Shown in pieces: positions 63,542 through 64,000 of a DNA stretch of 64,000 nt; positions within the stretch are counted from its first letter, which is position 1; each line of letters starts with the position of its first letter. The DNA is from an uncultured Elusimicrobia bacterium (GTDB taxonomy: Bacteria; Elusimicrobiota; Elusimicrobia; UBA1565; UBA9628): NCBI GenBank assembly GCA_903830945.1, contig CAIKVT010000024.1, positions 11,804-75,803 on the forward strand, written 5' to 3'. The position numbers and the translations under genes are program-made. Below the pieces are notes generated by a model. It saw only the letters and a list, made by a program, of their open reading frames with translations. It made no database searches and had not been told where the DNA came from.

Positions 63542-64000
63542 CTACCGGGAAGACTTCGTGGTCCGGCCCCGCTGTTCCTTCGTGAAGGCCAGCCACGGCG
63601 CCACCATTTGAAAGGCGACAGAAACCGTCGTCGCCACCGCCGCGATCAAGAGCGCCGTCGCGATGGGGATATCCGTCAGCACGAAACCGTAGAGGAATGT
63701 CGAAACGATGGCGGCGAGTATCCCCAGGAACGACTCCGCAGCCAGTATCTTATTGCCCTGGGACCCGGAATAAGTGCCCATCTTCTTCTGATTCACGCCA
63801 GAGACGACCATCCCCACGAAGCCGCCAAGGAAGGCCTGCAACCCGTATAGTGGCAGGACCAGCCACATGGAGGGCACGGAGATCATCAGCCAGAACAACG
63901 GTATCGACAAGCCGGCAAGAGCGTAAAGAGGGACAGTCATGGACTCCTCGCTCTTGAAGCCGAGCGTCCCGAGAAACTTGCGCATGGGCCCCATGAGCAT
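63542..64000 (-). CDS. C-terminal part of an MFS-like polytopic membrane protein (5' end outside the window)
   Basis: Four consecutive hydrophobic helices; frame open to the window edge. Confidence 0.6.
   Translation of the reverse strand: MLMGPMRKFLGTLGFKSEESMTVPLYALAGLSIPLFWLMISVPSMWLVLPLYGLQAFLGGFVGMVVSGVNQKKMGTYSGSQGNKILAAESFLGILAAIVSTFLYGFVLTDIPIATALLIAAVATTVSVAFQMVAPWLAFTKEQRGRTTKSSR

Overview
GC-rich chromosomal window from a diderm bacterium (LolA, ExbBD/TonB-type motor, meso-DAP-type MurE). Gene style and order suggest Elusimicrobiota, but that is inference only. Housekeeping blocks: partial dcw cluster (murE-murF-mraY-murD-ftsW-murG) followed by surE and a CapA-like phosphoesterase; aspS; gmk-rpoZ-udg-priA-FecR-mltG-tRNA-Ala(CGC) on the minus strand; cinA; rpsO-pnp-accB-ftsK-lolA-rodZ-pgsA-pgpA; a split MoxR/DUF58/BatA-vWA cluster; and exbB-exbD-tonB. 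Two accessory regions stand out. (1) 13.5-21.6 kb, mostly lower GC and abutting the tRNA-Ala 3' end: an orphan UrtA-like binding protein, a four-gene phosphorelay and a PilB/GspE ATPase fused to a receiver domain, whose ORF runs antisense through the tRNA. (2) 55.4-63.5 kb: a Tol/Exb motor, a membrane protein with a long heptad-periodic hydrophobic hairpin, a tandem-GYF/pilin-like protein, a truncated receiver and two tandem B12-radical SAM paralogs. About ten genes, including rpsO and aspS, have a -10 box 6-7 nt before the start codon, which points to widespread leaderless mRNAs. The family-4 UDG has a rewired uracil pocket. No CRISPR array, rRNA, integrase or transposase was seen. All calls come from motif recognition by eye; no database searches were run.
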